From: a plasmid
DNA length: 64,000 bases
Sequence record: NZ_CP011600.1
Strand: one strand, 5' to 3'
The notes beneath the pieces are model-generated. The model searched no databases, was not told the origin of the DNA, and saw only the letters and a program-made list of their open reading frames with translations. The translations under genes and the position numbers were made by a program. Positions 1 to 12,141 of the stretch are shown here, piece after piece (within the stretch, counting starts at the first letter, position 1; each line of letters starts with the position of its first letter).

Positions 1-885
1 GACATGCTGAAAAGTGTGGCTCACCTCGCCCCTCCAATACCCGATAGTAACCTGTCGCGATTATCACGTATTGATTAACCTGAAAGTTACAGCTGATAAT
101 TTTCCATATATAAATCATTTCCATGGTGATAATACGCAGGCATATAACCACACCATTAAATTACGGGATGGCCGTTTCCGCCTGATCCGACTTTTACGCT
201 GTCTGAGACTTTCCGGAAGTGTACCACGGCCAGGAAATAACCACATCGCTGTTTTCGGCACCTGCGCGCCGGATCACGGGGCAGGGGAGAAACACAACAT
301 CTAGCGGTATCAGCAGATGTCGACAACGCTACATCTTGTGTGGCTGGAAAGCAACGCGCTGGCCAGTGCGGAAAGATCCGGGTCTGGCTTTTTTCGGATC
401 CCGGATGACAAAACGCATGATATTTCCTGTAAATGCAATTATTCATAACATTTATATTCATATATGTTAAAAGTGCGAAATTAGCATCAGTTGTTGGTTA
501 TTATTAAGATTTCAGCAACAAACCGTATCCCACCCGCTTCGTTAAAAAAACCGAAGGTCATCAGAAGCGCTCACTGATCGTTCCGGGCTGAGACGGTGGC
601 AGCGTCACGGGTAATGTCTCTATTTTATTGGTCGTGAGGAAGGCCGGATAATGGCCAAACTAAGAAGCCATAGCATTGGGGGCAGCCTGCTGATCTGGTA
701 TGATCGAGCAGAGGCTCATCTCAATGAGCAATCCCCGCAACAAATTTTTTCGGGGTGCAACAGACCCTTTAGTGTCCAGGCCTGAAAAAAAAGAAAGCAC
801 GGTCTCTGAGAGACTACGGTCCTTACGCAACCATACCGGTTAGCAAGCTTTATATTTTCATTATGACTATCTGTATAACAGGGGA

Positions 886-1800
886 ATGAATGTGATTAAA
901 AAAATATGCGAAGTGATTGATGGAGAGTATGTCTGTGACATTGATATCAGTGTGGAAGAATGGAAAACTTTATTAACAAATGATAAAGTTTTTGACACAA
1001 AAAGTATTGCAGCGTTAAAAAAATGGTTTATTGAGCCAAATCATTCCTGCACATGCTTCGATATTGGTAAGAAGTACGACCTGCACAGCATGAGTGCTAA
1101 TGGAGTCATAAACGGACTGGGTGGCAGAGTTCAAAAAGAACTTGGTAGATTCGAGGTTAAAGGTGTCGGAAATATCGCATCCGGTACAAAATTCATTACC
1201 GTAATGAAGAGTAAAGAAATCGGCGGAAAACCCAAAAGAAACTTATGGACAATTCGTGAGGAACTTGTTCAGGCAATTAACGAACTGGATTTTTTTGGTA
1301 CAACAGAAATGGCCAGCAGTGAGTATTACTCTGACGATGAGTTGATCAATGCCATAGAGAAAAGTAATATCTTTGACAACGTTCAGACGTTTGAATATAC
1401 AGGGGAAGCCAAACCAAAGAAAAATGCAATAGAAGTAAAAAATGGCCTCTCGTATCCCAGGAGTAAAGGCGTATCCCAAAATGCGCTGAATAAAGCAGGT
1501 TACAGATGTGAAGTCGATAGTGACCACCCAACATTCAGAAGGCGAAATTCATCCTTAAATTACACAGAACCTCATCACATTGTACCTATGTCCAGGCAAG
1601 ATGCTTTTGACACATCTCTTGATGTTGAAGAAAATATCATATCTCTGTGTTGCAATTGCCATAAACAAATTCACCTTGGTCAGGGTTATGAAGATATGCT
1701 GAAAGAAATATACACTGCGCGAAAAAGGTTATTAAAAAAAGTTGGTATTGATATATCACTGGAAAACTTGATTCTTTATTACAAAATGGAAAGTAAGTGA
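886..1800 (+). CDS. HNH endonuclease-domain protein; the first ~220 aa have no recognisable domain
   Basis: The 304-aa ORF ends in an HNH motif (TEPHHIVPMS...NIISLCCNCHKQIH). It sits in AT-rich DNA with a long ORF-free leader (1-885) and is not in an operon. Confidence 0.6.
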   Translation: MNVIKKICEVIDGEYVCDIDISVEEWKTLLTNDKVFDTKSIAALKKWFIEPNHSCTCFDIGKKYDLHSMSANGVINGLGGRVQKELGRFEVKGVGNIASGTKFITVMKSKEIGGKPKRNLWTIREELVQAINELDFFGTTEMASSEYYSDDELINAIEKSNIFDNVQTFEYTGEAKPKKNAIEVKNGLSYPRSKGVSQNALNKAGYRCEVDSDHPTFRRRNSSLNYTEPHHIVPMSRQDAFDTSLDVEENIISLCCNCHKQIHLGQGYEDMLKEIYTARKRLLKKVGIDISLENLILYYKMESK

Positions 1801-2110
1801 GATTCAAACGAGAGTGATACCTTCGTTTTATTGGTCGGGATGAACAGCAGATGATGTTTCCGGCAAGTATCGGGGCCAGAAACTTTCTGTTAAAAAAGAG
1901 GTAAAAGTAGTCTTGAGCCCTGACTGCGAATTGCCATTGCGCATGACCAGAGAACAGGACGAACCCCTGCCAAACCCAGGCATGAGAAACGCTTTTAAAA
2001 CATAGACTTAATTAAAATCAGCAATTCCCATCGAAATAATAAGCAAGCAGAATTGGCTCAGGTGAATTTCACTCGGTGCAGTGCATGCGTTGGGGGTTTT
2101 AAAAGGAAAA

Positions 2111-2128
2111 ACCCGAAATGAATCGGGT
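2111..2128. terminator. Bidirectional stem-loop (acccgaaatgaatcgggt) flanked by A and T runs
   Basis: Perfect hairpin followed by TTTTGATT on the + strand and a T-run on the - strand. It lies downstream of the minus-strand DUF305 gene. Confidence 0.4.
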
Positions 2129-2207
2129 TTTGATTAATTAACGATTAACAGGTTCCCGTGCCCGGGAACACTCTGACTGTACGCGCAATATATTATTTCC
2201 GCAATCA

Positions 2208-2558
2208 TTATTTTTGATTACCAAGCCATTTATTCATCTGCTCAATTTCACCTTTTTGAGCTTTAATGATGTCCTGCGCGAGCTTTCTCATTTCCGGATC
2301 TTTTCCGTATTTTAGCTCGGTCTCAGCCATTGCTATTGCCCCTTCATGGTGTGCTACCATGCCTTTCGCAAAAGCCTTGTCGGGATCGGAATCTTTTACA
2401 GCGGCCATCATTTTGTCATGCATACCTTTCATGCCGGACATATATTCCTGTGACGATGCCGATGAGGATATATCTGACATTTTCATTTCTGAATGTTCTG
2501 CGGAAATCGCTGGCAGGGATAACATCAGTATAACAAAAAGCGAATTTGTGATTTTCAT
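2208..2558 (-). CDS. Periplasmic DUF305-family protein (metal-resistance associated, pcoF-like)
   Basis: 116 aa with a signal peptide and a histidine/methionine-rich helical domain typical of DUF305. It lies directly beside silE. Confidence 0.6.
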   Translation of the reverse strand: MKITNSLFVILMLSLPAISAEHSEMKMSDISSSASSQEYMSGMKGMHDKMMAAVKDSDPDKAFAKGMVAHHEGAIAMAETELKYGKDPEMRKLAQDIIKAQKGEIEQMNKWLGNQK

Positions 2559-2604
2559 ATAATAAACCCTTTCAGATGGTTACCGGATAAGTTTAGCTGA
2601 GTCA

Positions 2605-2629
2605 GACAAAAAAGCCCCCTGAAGGGGGC
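2605..2629 (-). terminator. Intrinsic terminator of silE
   Basis: The minus strand reads GCCCCCTTCAGGGGGC followed by TTTTTTGT, immediately 3' of silE. Confidence 0.5.
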
Positions 2630-2703
2630 AAAAAATAACAACATATCCGTATAAGGGACAATCTACCAAGGAAAGGGTAACCGCACGGAAACTTCAGTTG
2701 TCA

Positions 2704-3135
2704 TCAGCCCGCATTGATCATGCGGCGGTGTGCATCAGCCATAGCCTGATGGGGGCCGGACTGACCGTTATTCGTAAATTCATGGGCAACAGCTGCTCTT
2801 TCATGTTCATTCATCGCCGCAAACGAAGTCGCCGGACGGGAAGCGTTAACGGTACCAGTTCCCATCATCTTCTGATGACTTTCCACCATTTTCTGATGCG
2901 CATCTGCCGATCCGTTCGTCATGGTTTCATGGGCAATAATGGCCTGTTCATGTTGATTCATACCGGTCATACTGGGGGCGGCCCCCTGAATTCCTACAGG
3001 AGCAGCAGCAGACTGCATCTGGTGAGCAGGAGCCTGTGCATTGTTGACGCGCTCATGGATATTCACGGTTTCCGTGGCCCACACTGACGAAATTAAGCCA
3101 AGACCTAACACAGATGCTAAGACGATATTTTTCAT
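2704..3135 (-). CDS. silE: Periplasmic silver-binding protein SilE
   Basis: Signal peptide MKNIVLASVLGLGL followed by repeated HExxxAHxxM metal-binding motifs. The ORF-track start is a 5'-extended artefact; the true start is the MKN codon at 3135. Confidence 0.9.
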   Translation of the reverse strand: MKNIVLASVLGLGLISSVWATETVNIHERVNNAQAPAHQMQSAAAPVGIQGAAPSMTGMNQHEQAIIAHETMTNGSADAHQKMVESHQKMMGTGTVNASRPATSFAAMNEHERAAVAHEFTNNGQSGPHQAMADAHRRMINAG

Positions 3136-3355
3136 GGTGACTCTCCAATAATTAATTAGTGATGTCCGGGAAATCATTATCTGAGTCTTCAGTTCCATAA
3201 TTGAAACATCTACTGCAGTGATTATTTCTCCGGGAGATGGCTCTCTGTTCATTACATGGCATAGTGCTACACCATGTAATGATTCTGTAGTCCATCCTTC
3301 CTGATAAGTTGCACTAATTATATCGAATGGCTTCTGTTTGCTGCATGACAGGCTA

Positions 3356-3371
3356 ATGACATCTTTGTCAT
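3356..3371. promoter_or_regulatory. Copper-box palindrome ATGACATCTTTGTCAT upstream of silE (CusR/SilR-type response-regulator site)
   Basis: Inverted repeat ATGACA-N4-TGTCAT, the same architecture as the boxes at 5605 and 25827. Confidence 0.5.
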
Positions 3372-3385
3372 TTAAATCTTTATTC

Positions 3386-4861
3386 TCAGTACTGGGTTTC
3401 CGGAATCATTTTCTCCAGTCTGGGCACGGATAGGATAAAACGAGTTGAACGTACGTCCGATTCCACCTGCACTCTTCCGTGATGTGCTTCCACGATGGAC
3501 TTCACAATCGCAAGGCCGATGCCGCTGCCTTCTCCTTTTCGTTGTCTGGACGGATCTACCCGATAAAAACGGTCAAACAGCCTTGATAAATGCTCTTCAG
3601 GGATTGGTTTCCCCGGATTTTCAATCACAAGGTCAAAAAAGCTCTCCTGCTCTCTTATTGAGACGGTGATTGCCTGTCCCTCCGGGGTATAACGCAGGGC
3701 ATTGGATAACAGATTATTGATCGCCCTTCTGAACATTTGTGGATCTCCCTCAACCAGGCAGGGCATCCCGTTAAATTTGAGCGTGATATTGCGTTCTTCG
3801 GCCCAGGCTTCGAAAAACTCGAAGACTTTCATGACTTCCGCTCTGAGGTCAAACATGACCCTGTCAGGTATCAGCTGATTATTATCTGCCTGTGCCAGGA
3901 ACAGCATATCGCTGACCATTTTGGTCATCCGGTTATACTCTTCAAGACTGGAATAGAGGACATCCTCAAGTTCCCTCTGTGTTCGATCCTGACTCAGTGC
4001 GATTTCAGTCTGCGTCACCAGATTGGTGATGGGCGTTCTGATCTCATGCGCGATATCGGCAGAGAAATTGGCCTGGCGGGTAAAGACATCCTCAATCTTT
4101 CCAATCATATGATTGAACGAGATAACCAGTTGCTCCAGCTCAATGGGAACGCGTGTCGGTTCCAGTCGCGCATCAAGATTCTCGGAGGTGATGTTTTTAA
4201 TGGCATTGCTGACATTACGAAGGGGCAGGTGCCCCTGACGGACAGCGATTCGAATGATCAGAACAATCAACAGGCTTATCACGACGGCAATCGCAATCAG
4301 GTTCTTTTTCAGCGCATCGAGGTAATGGAGATGGAAATTAATGGATAGGCCAGTCAGCATGACATAGTTCTGCTGTTTGCCCTGAAATATCGCCTGACCA
4401 GAGGAGGCGATAATCCTGTATGTTTCCATCTTCATTTCGGACCCGGTATCCATCGGTCCCGCAGGATCCTCCACCGTCCAGAGAAAGACATCCCGTGCGC
4501 GGCTGTGCTCGCTAAAATCTGCTGAATTCACTGCCGGGCGTAGTGCCGCCCCCTGAGCTGAGCTAAAGAGCACTTCCCCCCTGGGATTGAGGAGCAAAAG
4601 GGCAACGTTGCGGTAGCTGGCAATTGATTCCTTTATTTTGCTTATTTTTTTATCATCCGGATCCACCGGGGACTGCAGTATACGGTTCAGTGTGGTGCTG
4701 ATTTGTTGAAGATCGCTGACGTCCTGCTCGGCAAAATGATTTTCAACAGAATGCAGCATAAACCAGGTGAAGGCGATAAAAGCCAGTATCGTGGACAGGC
4801 TGATAAAAAAGGTCAGCCGCAGAGCGAGTGAGAAAGGGCGTCTGGAAGGTTTGCTATGCAT
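3386..4861 (-). CDS. silS: Sensor histidine kinase SilS (CusS-like)
   Basis: 491 aa with two transmembrane segments, a HAMP region, an H-box (AHEIRTP) and an ATPase domain. Its start overlaps the stop of silR. Confidence 0.9.
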   Translation of the reverse strand: MHSKPSRRPFSLALRLTFFISLSTILAFIAFTWFMLHSVENHFAEQDVSDLQQISTTLNRILQSPVDPDDKKISKIKESIASYRNVALLLLNPRGEVLFSSAQGAALRPAVNSADFSEHSRARDVFLWTVEDPAGPMDTGSEMKMETYRIIASSGQAIFQGKQQNYVMLTGLSINFHLHYLDALKKNLIAIAVVISLLIVLIIRIAVRQGHLPLRNVSNAIKNITSENLDARLEPTRVPIELEQLVISFNHMIGKIEDVFTRQANFSADIAHEIRTPITNLVTQTEIALSQDRTQRELEDVLYSSLEEYNRMTKMVSDMLFLAQADNNQLIPDRVMFDLRAEVMKVFEFFEAWAEERNITLKFNGMPCLVEGDPQMFRRAINNLLSNALRYTPEGQAITVSIREQESFFDLVIENPGKPIPEEHLSRLFDRFYRVDPSRQRKGEGSGIGLAIVKSIVEAHHGRVQVESDVRSTRFILSVPRLEKMIPETQY

Positions 4862-5534
4862 CCGGGACCTCCAGCATGTAGCCCACGCCCCGGACTGTCT
4901 GGATCAGCTTTGTCCCGTAATCGTTGTCTATTTTAGCGCGGAGTCGCTTTACTGCGACATCGATCGCATTAGTGTCGCTGTCAAAATTCATGTCCCAGAC
5001 CTGAGAGGCAATCAGGGAGCGGGGAAGAACCTCTCCCTGATGGCGAATGAAGAATTCCAGCAGGCTGAACTCTTTACTGGTGAGCACAATGCGGTTTCCG
5101 GCGCGACTGACTTTTCTGGATACGAGATCAATCGAGAGGTCAGCCACCCTAAACTGGCTTTCCGTGATCATCGTGTTTCCCCGCCTCAGAAGGGTTCTCA
5201 CCCGGGCGAGCAGTTCGGCAAACGCAAAGGGTTTAACCAGATAATCGTCCGCACCCAGTTCCAGTCCTTTGACCCTATGTTCGATCGTGCCGAGGGCTGT
5301 CAGCAGTAAGACCGGCATACCCTTTCCGGCAGTGCGCAGCATGCGGATGATATCCCAGCCGTTCACATCAGGTAGCATGATATCCAGAATGACTAAATCA
5401 TACTCGGCTGTCATGGCGAGATGATATCCGGTAAGACCATTATCAGCGTGATCCACTACGAACCCTGCCTCTGTAAGCCCTTTGCTGAGATATTCACCTG
5501 TTTTAATTTCGTCTTCGACGATCAATATTTTCAT
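4854..5534 (-). CDS. silR: OmpR-family response regulator SilR
   Basis: 226 aa with a receiver domain (MKILIVEDE...DVNGWD) and a winged-helix DNA-binding domain. Confidence 0.9.
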   Translation of the reverse strand: MKILIVEDEIKTGEYLSKGLTEAGFVVDHADNGLTGYHLAMTAEYDLVILDIMLPDVNGWDIIRMLRTAGKGMPVLLLTALGTIEHRVKGLELGADDYLVKPFAFAELLARVRTLLRRGNTMITESQFRVADLSIDLVSRKVSRAGNRIVLTSKEFSLLEFFIRHQGEVLPRSLIASQVWDMNFDSDTNAIDVAVKRLRAKIDNDYGTKLIQTVRGVGYMLEVPDA

Positions 5535-5604
5535 CTTGCTCCCCGGCTGGCTGCTAATGTCATTCTATTGCGCCCACGATCGTTATCAACGGATTACAGC
5601 AAAA

Positions 5605-5620
5605 ATGACAACATTGTCAT
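5605..5620. promoter_or_regulatory. Copper box ATGACAACATTGTCAT in the divergent silRS / silCFBA promoter region
   Basis: Perfect inverted repeat in the 190-bp intergenic region between the divergently transcribed operons. Confidence 0.6.
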
Positions 5621-5723
5621 TATCCTGTCACTCGGCAAACAGAGAGCGTTAGGTAAAGTACCCCTATCAATACTCTGGACTTCATTTGAACCATTTACCA
5701 GGTCTGCCTGGACGAGAAGCGTT

Positions 5724-7109
5724 ATGTTCAAATTAAAATTACTCAGCATTAGCACGATATTCATCCTGGCAGGCTGCGTGTCGCTTGCGCCTGAATATCA
5801 GCGGCCCGCAGCACCGGTACCCCAGCAGTTTTCACTGTCCCATAACAGCCTGACGCCAGCGGTAAATGGCTATCAGGATACGGGCTGGCGTAACTTTTTT
5901 GTCGATCCCCAGGTTACCCGGTTGATCGGTGAAGCTCTGACTAATAACCGTGATTTGAGAATGGCTGCCCTGAAGGTTGAAGAGGCCCGGGCCCAGTTCA
6001 ACGTCACGGATGCAGATCGTTATCCCCAACTGAATGCCTCATCCGGGATCACATACAGCGGTGGTCTGAAAGGTGACAAGCCGACCACACAGGAGTACGA
6101 CGCGGGTCTGGAGCTCAACTATGAGCTCGATTTTTTTGGCAAACTTAAGAACATGAGTGAGGCTGATCGCCAGAACTACTTTGCCAGCGAAGAAGCCCGT
6201 CGTGCCGTACACATCCTGCTGGTCTCCAACGTTTCACAGAGCTATTTCAGCCAGCAACTGGCGTACGAACAACTCCGTATTGCGCGGAAAACGCTGAAAA
6301 ATTATGAACAGTCTTATGCATTCGTTGAGCAACAACTGGTGACCGGGAGTACGAACGTTCTGGCGCTTGAACAGGCCAGGGGGCAAATCGAAAGTACCCG
6401 CGCCGAAATAGCCAAACGAGAAGGCGATCTGGCTCAGGCAAACAATGCCCTGCAACTGGTGCTGGGAACGTACCGCGCAGTTCCGTCAGAAAAAGGGATG
6501 AAAGGTGGTGAAATCGCGCCAGTAAAACTGCCCCCAAACCTGTCGTCACAAATTTTGCTGCAGCGCCCGGATATCATGGAAGCGGAATATCAGCTTAAAG
6601 CGGCTGATGCCAGTATTGGCGCAGCGCGAGCGGCCTTTTTCCCGTCCATTACCCTGACCAGTGGCCTTTCCGCAAGCAGTACGGAGTTGTCCAGCCTCTT
6701 TACGTCAGGAAGCGGAATGTGGAATTTTATCCCTAAAATTGAAATTCCTATTTTTAATGCCGGCCGGAACAAAGCCAATCTGAAACTGGCTGAAATTCGC
6801 CAGCAACAGTCGGTGGTTAATTACGAACAAAAAATTCAGTCGGCCTTTAAGGATGTTTCCAACACGCTTGCGCTGCGCGATAGTCTTAGCCAGCAACTCG
6901 AGGCACAGCAGCGTTATCTTGATTCACTCCAGATAACCCTCCAGCGAGCCCGGGGATTATATTCAAGTGGTGCAGTCAGCTACATAGAAGTGCTGGATGC
7001 AGAACGCTCCCTGTTCACTACGCAGCAAGCCATTCTCGACCTTACCTATTCCCGACAGGTTAACGAAATTAATCTGTTCACCGCACTGGGTGGCGGTTGG
7101 GTAGAGTAA
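5724..7109 (+). CDS. silC: Outer-membrane efflux lipoprotein SilC (CusC-like, TolC family)
   Basis: The lipobox (MFKLKLLSISTIFILAGC) start at 5724 lies inside a longer ORF-track ORF. OEP-family repeats follow. Confidence 0.9.
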   Translation: MFKLKLLSISTIFILAGCVSLAPEYQRPAAPVPQQFSLSHNSLTPAVNGYQDTGWRNFFVDPQVTRLIGEALTNNRDLRMAALKVEEARAQFNVTDADRYPQLNASSGITYSGGLKGDKPTTQEYDAGLELNYELDFFGKLKNMSEADRQNYFASEEARRAVHILLVSNVSQSYFSQQLAYEQLRIARKTLKNYEQSYAFVEQQLVTGSTNVLALEQARGQIESTRAEIAKREGDLAQANNALQLVLGTYRAVPSEKGMKGGEIAPVKLPPNLSSQILLQRPDIMEAEYQLKAADASIGAARAAFFPSITLTSGLSASSTELSSLFTSGSGMWNFIPKIEIPIFNAGRNKANLKLAEIRQQQSVVNYEQKIQSAFKDVSNTLALRDSLSQQLEAQQRYLDSLQITLQRARGLYSSGAVSYIEVLDAERSLFTTQQAILDLTYSRQVNEINLFTALGGGWVE

Positions 7110-7138
7110 ATTATATTCAACATATCAGGAAATTAAAA

Positions 7139-7492
7139 ATGCGTAACTCACTTAAAGCCGTTTTATTTGGTGCTATCTCTGTCATGTTTTCTGCCGGTCT
7201 GCATGCTGAAGTACATCAGCATGGTGATATGAACGCTGCCAGTGATGCTTCGGCACAGCAGGTTATCAAGGGCACCGGTGTCGTTAAAGACATTGATATG
7301 AATAGTAAAAAGATCACCATTTCGCACGAAGCAATCCCTGCTGTGGGCTGGCCTGCAATGACCATGCGCTTCACTTTTGTTAATGCAGACGACGCTATCA
7401 ATGCCCTGAAAACCGGCAACCATGTCGATTTCTCGTTTATTCAGCAGGGCAATATCTCCTTACTCAAAAGCATTAACGTTACGCAATCCTGA
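7139..7492 (+). CDS. silF: Periplasmic metallochaperone SilF (CusF-like)
   Basis: Signal peptide, then the CusF-type small beta-barrel signature (HEAIPAVGWPAMTMRF). Confidence 0.85.
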   Translation: MRNSLKAVLFGAISVMFSAGLHAEVHQHGDMNAASDASAQQVIKGTGVVKDIDMNSKKITISHEAIPAVGWPAMTMRFTFVNADDAINALKTGNHVDFSFIQQGNISLLKSINVTQS

Positions 7493-7605
7493 TTATCAGT
7501 CCGGAGCGAATACATCCAGTGCGCCTGAACATTCATTAAGGGATTACTGTGAATGAATGATCGGGCGCATATGCCAGGTGTTTTGATTTTTCAGCGAGAA
7601 ATTGT

Positions 7606-8898
7606 ATGGCTTCTTTAAAGATAAAATATGCTGCAATAATTATCAGCAGCCTCATAGCAGGAGGCCTGATATCGGTTACTGCCTGGCAGTATATCAACTC
7701 ATCACAAAAAACAGTACAAACAGAACAAAAGGCACCGGAGCGAAAGGTTCTTTTCTGGTATGACCCGATGAAACCGGATACCAAATTTGATAAACCCGGA
7801 AAATCGCCTTTTATGGATATGGACCTGTTGCCAAAATATGCTGATGAAAGCGCCGAGAAAAGCAGTGGCGGGATCCGTATTGATCCAACGCAGGTTCAGA
7901 ACCTGGGATTAAAAACACAAAAAGTCACGCGCGGGATGCTGAATTATACTCAGACCATTCCGGCTAATGTCAGTTACAACGAGTATCAGTTTGTCATTGT
8001 ACAGGCGCGCTCTGACGGATTCGTCGAAAAAGTGTATCCCCTGACGATTGGCGATCATGTGAAGAAAGGCACTCCGCTTATCGATATCACCATTCCTGAA
8101 TGGGTTGAGGCACAAAGTGAGTTCCTGCTGCTATCCGGTACAGGCGGTACGCCAACCCAGATAAAAGGGGTGCTGGAGCGACTTCGTCTGGCTGGCATGC
8201 CGGAAGAGGATGTTCAGAGGCTGCGTGCAACCCGCACAATCCAGACCCGTTTTTCCATTAAAGCACCTATTGATGGTGTCATTACTGCGTTTGACCTGCG
8301 CACCGGAATGAATATTTCGAAAGATAAAGTAGTGGCTCAGATTCAGGGGATGGATCCGGTCTGGATCAGCGCTGCAGTGCCAGAATCTATCGCCTATCTG
8401 CTTAAAGATACGTCGCAGTTTGAAATTTCGGTACCGGCTTATCCGGATAAAACATTCCATGTCGAAAAATGGAACATTCTTCCCAGCGTGGACCAGACAA
8501 CCCGTACGCTTCAGGTCCGTCTCCAGGTTTCCAATAAGGATGAGTTTCTTAAACCGGGCATGAATGCCTACCTGAAACTGAATACCCGGAGCCAGGATAT
8601 GCTGCTGATACCAAGCCAGGCCGTTATCGATACCGGTAAAGAACAGCGCGTGATTACTGTCGATAATGAAGGCAAGTTTGTGCCGAAACAGATCCAGGTG
8701 CTGCATGAATCACAGCAACAGTCCGGCATTGGCTCCGGCCTGAATGAAGGCGATACCGTGGTGGTCAGTGGCCTGTTCCTCATTGACTCCGAAGCCAATA
8801 TTACGGGCGCGCTGGAACGTATGCGCCACCCTGAAAAAACAGAAAACAGTATGCCAGCAATGTCTGACCAGCCTGTAAATATGCATTCAGGGCACTGA
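7606..8898 (+). CDS. silB: Membrane fusion protein SilB (CusB-like)
   Basis: 430-aa RND adaptor with an N-terminal transmembrane segment and a methionine-rich C-terminal tail. Confidence 0.9.
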   Translation: MASLKIKYAAIIISSLIAGGLISVTAWQYINSSQKTVQTEQKAPERKVLFWYDPMKPDTKFDKPGKSPFMDMDLLPKYADESAEKSSGGIRIDPTQVQNLGLKTQKVTRGMLNYTQTIPANVSYNEYQFVIVQARSDGFVEKVYPLTIGDHVKKGTPLIDITIPEWVEAQSEFLLLSGTGGTPTQIKGVLERLRLAGMPEEDVQRLRATRTIQTRFSIKAPIDGVITAFDLRTGMNISKDKVVAQIQGMDPVWISAAVPESIAYLLKDTSQFEISVPAYPDKTFHVEKWNILPSVDQTTRTLQVRLQVSNKDEFLKPGMNAYLKLNTRSQDMLLIPSQAVIDTGKEQRVITVDNEGKFVPKQIQVLHESQQQSGIGSGLNEGDTVVVSGLFLIDSEANITGALERMRHPEKTENSMPAMSDQPVNMHSGH

Positions 8899-8908
8899 GG
8901 AGACGACG

Positions 8909-11900
8909 ATGATTGAATGGATTATCCGGCGCTCTGTCGCCAACCGTTTCCTGGTCATGATGGGTGCCCTGTTTCTCAGCATCTGGGGCACATGGACGAT
9001 TATTAACACGCCGGTCGATGCCCTGCCTGACCTGTCAGATGTGCAGGTCATTATTAAAACCAGCTATCCCGGACAGGCCCCACAGATTGTAGAAAACCAG
9101 GTCACCTATCCGCTTACCACTACCATGTTGTCCGTACCTGGCGCAAAAACCGTGCGTGGTTTTTCACAGTTCGGTGATTCGTATGTGTATGTCATTTTTG
9201 AAGACGGCACCGATCTGTACTGGGCCCGTTCACGCGTGCTGGAATACCTGAATCAGGTTCAGGGCAAACTGCCTGCGGGTGTGAGCTCTGAAATCGGCCC
9301 GGACGCCACGGGGGTGGGCTGGATATTTGAATATGCCCTGGTCGATCGCAGCGGAAAACACGACCTTTCAGAACTGCGTTCTTTGCAGGACTGGTTCCTG
9401 AAATTTGAGCTGAAGACCATCCCGAACGTGGCTGAGGTAGCCTCGGTTGGGGGCGTGGTGAAACAGTACCAGATTCAGGTCAATCCGGTAAAACTGTCCC
9501 AGTATGGGATCAGCCTGCCCGAAGTGAAACAGGCCCTTGAATCGTCTAACCAGGAGGCCGGTGGTTCATCCGTTGAAATAGCCGAAGCGGAGTATATGGT
9601 CCGCGCCAGCGGTTATCTTCAGAGCATTGATGATTTTAATAACATCGTCCTGAAAACGGGCGAGAACGGCGTGCCGGTTTATTTGCGGGATGTTGCCCGC
9701 GTGCAGACCGGGCCTGAAATGCGGCGTGGTCTTGCCGAACTAAACGGCCAGGGGGAAGTCGCTGGTGGCGTGGTGATCCTGCGGTCGGGTAAAAACGCGC
9801 GCGACGTAATCACGGCAGTGAGGGATAAACTGGAGACACTGAAGGCTAGCCTGCCGGAAGGCGTTGAAATCGTGACCACCTACGATCGCAGCCAGTTAAT
9901 CGACCGGGCGATTGATAACCTCAGCCATAAACTTCTGGAAGAGTTTATCGTTGTGGCCATCGTCTGTGCCCTGTTCCTGTGGCACGTACGTTCTGCCCTG
10001 GTGGCGATTATCTCTCTCCCGCTTGGCCTGTGTATCGCCTTTATCGTCATGCACTTCCAGGGACTGAACGCCAATATTATGTCGCTGGGAGGGATAGCGA
10101 TTGCCGTCGGCGCGATGGTGGATGCCGCCATTGTGATGATTGAAAATGCGCACAAACGGCTTGAGGAATGGGATCATCAGCATCCGGGTGAGCAGATTGA
10201 CAACGCCACCCGCTGGAAGGTGATTACCGACGCCTCCGTGGAAGTGGGACCCGCACTGTTTATCAGCCTGCTGATCATCACCCTGTCCTTTATACCTATC
10301 TTTACCCTGGAAGGTCAGGAAGGACGTCTGTTTGGCCCGCTGGCATTCACGAAAACGTACTCCATGGCGGGGGCGGCCGTGCTGGCCATCATTGTCATTC
10401 CGATCCTGATGGGATTCTGGATACGGGGGAAAATTCCTGCCGAGACCAGTAACCCCCTGAACCGGGTGCTGATCAAAGCGTATCATCCATTGCTGCTGCG
10501 GGTTCTCCACTGGCCAAAAACAACCCTGCTGGTTGCGGCCTTGTCTATTTTCACCGTTATCTGGCCACTGAGTCAGGTGGGTGGCGAGTTTCTGCCGAAG
10601 ATTAACGAGGGCGACCTGTTGTATATGCCGTCGACCCTGCCGGGCGTCTCTCCGGCAGAAGCTGCAGCACTCTTGCAGACGACGGACAAGTTAATCAAAA
10701 GCGTTCCTGAAGTGGCCTCTGTATTTGGCAAGACCGGTAAAGCAGCGACCGCAACGGATTCCGCACCGCTTGAAATGGTGGAAACCACGATCCAGCTCAA
10801 ACCAGAGGATCAGTGGCGTCCCGGCATGACAATTGACAAGATTATTGATGAACTCGACAGGACAGTCCGTTTACCGGGTCTGGCAAACCTCTGGGTGCCG
10901 CCTATCCGTAACCGTATTGATATGCTCTCAACCGGGATCAAAAGCCCGATAGGTATCAAAGTGTCCGGGACTGTTCTGTCCGATATCGACGCGACGGCGC
11001 AGAGTATCGAGGCGGTAGCCAAAGCCGTGCCTGGCGTGGTGTCTGTCCTGGCTGAGCGACTTGAGGGCGGGCGCTACATCGATATCGATATCAACCGGGA
11101 GAAAGCCTCCCGCTACGGGATGACGGTAGGTGATGTCCAGCTGTTCGTCTCTTCAGCAATCGGAGGTGCTATGGTGGGTGAGACGGTTGAAGGGGTGGCC
11201 CGGTACCCTATTAACATTCGCTACCCGCAGGATTACCGGAACAGTCCGCAGGCGCTGAAACAGATGCCGATCCTGACCCCGATGAAGCAACAGATCACGC
11301 TGGGCGATGTCGCGGATATTAACGTCGTTTCTGGACCAACCATGCTGAAAACCGAAAATGCCCGGCCAGCCAGCTGGATTTATGTTGATGCCCGCGGCAG
11401 GGACATGGTGTCGGTGGTTAACGACATTAAGACGGCCATCAGCGAGAAAGTGAAACTGAGACCGGGAACCAGTGTGGCATTCTCCGGACAGTTTGAACTG
11501 CTTGAGCATGCCAACAAGAAACTGAAGCTGATGGTGCCGATGACGGTGATGATCATTTTCATCCTGTTGTATCTGGCATTCCGCCGGGTTGACGAAGCCC
11601 TGCTGATCCTGATGAGCCTGCCGTTCGCCCTGGTTGGCGGAATATGGTTCCTGTACTGGCAGGGCTTCCATATGTCAGTGGCGACCGGAACCGGGTTTAT
11701 CGCCCTGGCCGGGGTGGCAGCAGAGTTTGGCGTGGTCATGCTGATGTATCTGCGTCATGCCATTGAAGCGCACCCGGAATTGTCCCGTAAAGAGACGTTC
11801 ACACCGGAAGGTCTTGATGAAGCCCTCTATCATGGTGCCGTACTGCGTGTCCGGCCGAAAGCCATGACCGTGGCGGTGATCATTGCGGGTCTGCTGCCAA

Positions 11901-12055
11901 TACTCTGGGGAACCGGCGCAGGTTCAGAAGTCATGAGCCGTATTGCTGCGCCAATGATTGGTGGGATGATCACGGCTCCGCTGCTGTCCCTGTTCATTAT
12001 TCCTGCCGCCTACAAATTAATCTGGCTGCGCAGACATAAAAAAAGCGTGTCATAA
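8909..12055 (+). CDS. silA: RND heavy-metal efflux pump SilA (CusA-like)
   Basis: 1048-aa, 12-transmembrane RND transporter that immediately follows silB. Confidence 0.95.
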   Translation: MIEWIIRRSVANRFLVMMGALFLSIWGTWTIINTPVDALPDLSDVQVIIKTSYPGQAPQIVENQVTYPLTTTMLSVPGAKTVRGFSQFGDSYVYVIFEDGTDLYWARSRVLEYLNQVQGKLPAGVSSEIGPDATGVGWIFEYALVDRSGKHDLSELRSLQDWFLKFELKTIPNVAEVASVGGVVKQYQIQVNPVKLSQYGISLPEVKQALESSNQEAGGSSVEIAEAEYMVRASGYLQSIDDFNNIVLKTGENGVPVYLRDVARVQTGPEMRRGLAELNGQGEVAGGVVILRSGKNARDVITAVRDKLETLKASLPEGVEIVTTYDRSQLIDRAIDNLSHKLLEEFIVVAIVCALFLWHVRSALVAIISLPLGLCIAFIVMHFQGLNANIMSLGGIAIAVGAMVDAAIVMIENAHKRLEEWDHQHPGEQIDNATRWKVITDASVEVGPALFISLLIITLSFIPIFTLEGQEGRLFGPLAFTKTYSMAGAAVLAIIVIPILMGFWIRGKIPAETSNPLNRVLIKAYHPLLLRVLHWPKTTLLVAALSIFTVIWPLSQVGGEFLPKINEGDLLYMPSTLPGVSPAEAAALLQTTDKLIKSVPEVASVFGKTGKAATATDSAPLEMVETTIQLKPEDQWRPGMTIDKIIDELDRTVRLPGLANLWVPPIRNRIDMLSTGIKSPIGIKVSGTVLSDIDATAQSIEAVAKAVPGVVSVLAERLEGGRYIDIDINREKASRYGMTVGDVQLFVSSAIGGAMVGETVEGVARYPINIRYPQDYRNSPQALKQMPILTPMKQQITLGDVADINVVSGPTMLKTENARPASWIYVDARGRDMVSVVNDIKTAISEKVKLRPGTSVAFSGQFELLEHANKKLKLMVPMTVMIIFILLYLAFRRVDEALLILMSLPFALVGGIWFLYWQGFHMSVATGTGFIALAGVAAEFGVVMLMYLRHAIEAHPELSRKETFTPEGLDEALYHGAVLRVRPKAMTVAVIIAGLLPILWGTGAGSEVMSRIAAPMIGGMITAPLLSLFIIPAAYKLIWLRRHKKSVS

Positions 12056-12141
12056 CCCTGAAAGGGCGCCCCCAGTGGGCGTCCTTCTGCACTGATTCAC
12101 CCTGGCGTCAGGGTTTATATCGATAATATACAGAGGTGAGT

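Noticed and set aside
14-470. Three overlapping ORFs at the window start
   Set aside because: Mutually overlapping on both strands, no motifs, junk-like composition. The region is treated as non-coding leader upstream of the HNH gene.
9679-11739. Several 60-200-aa ORFs antisense within silA
   Set aside because: Nested in a strongly supported RND pump gene. Their composition is Arg/His-rich and atypical for real proteins.
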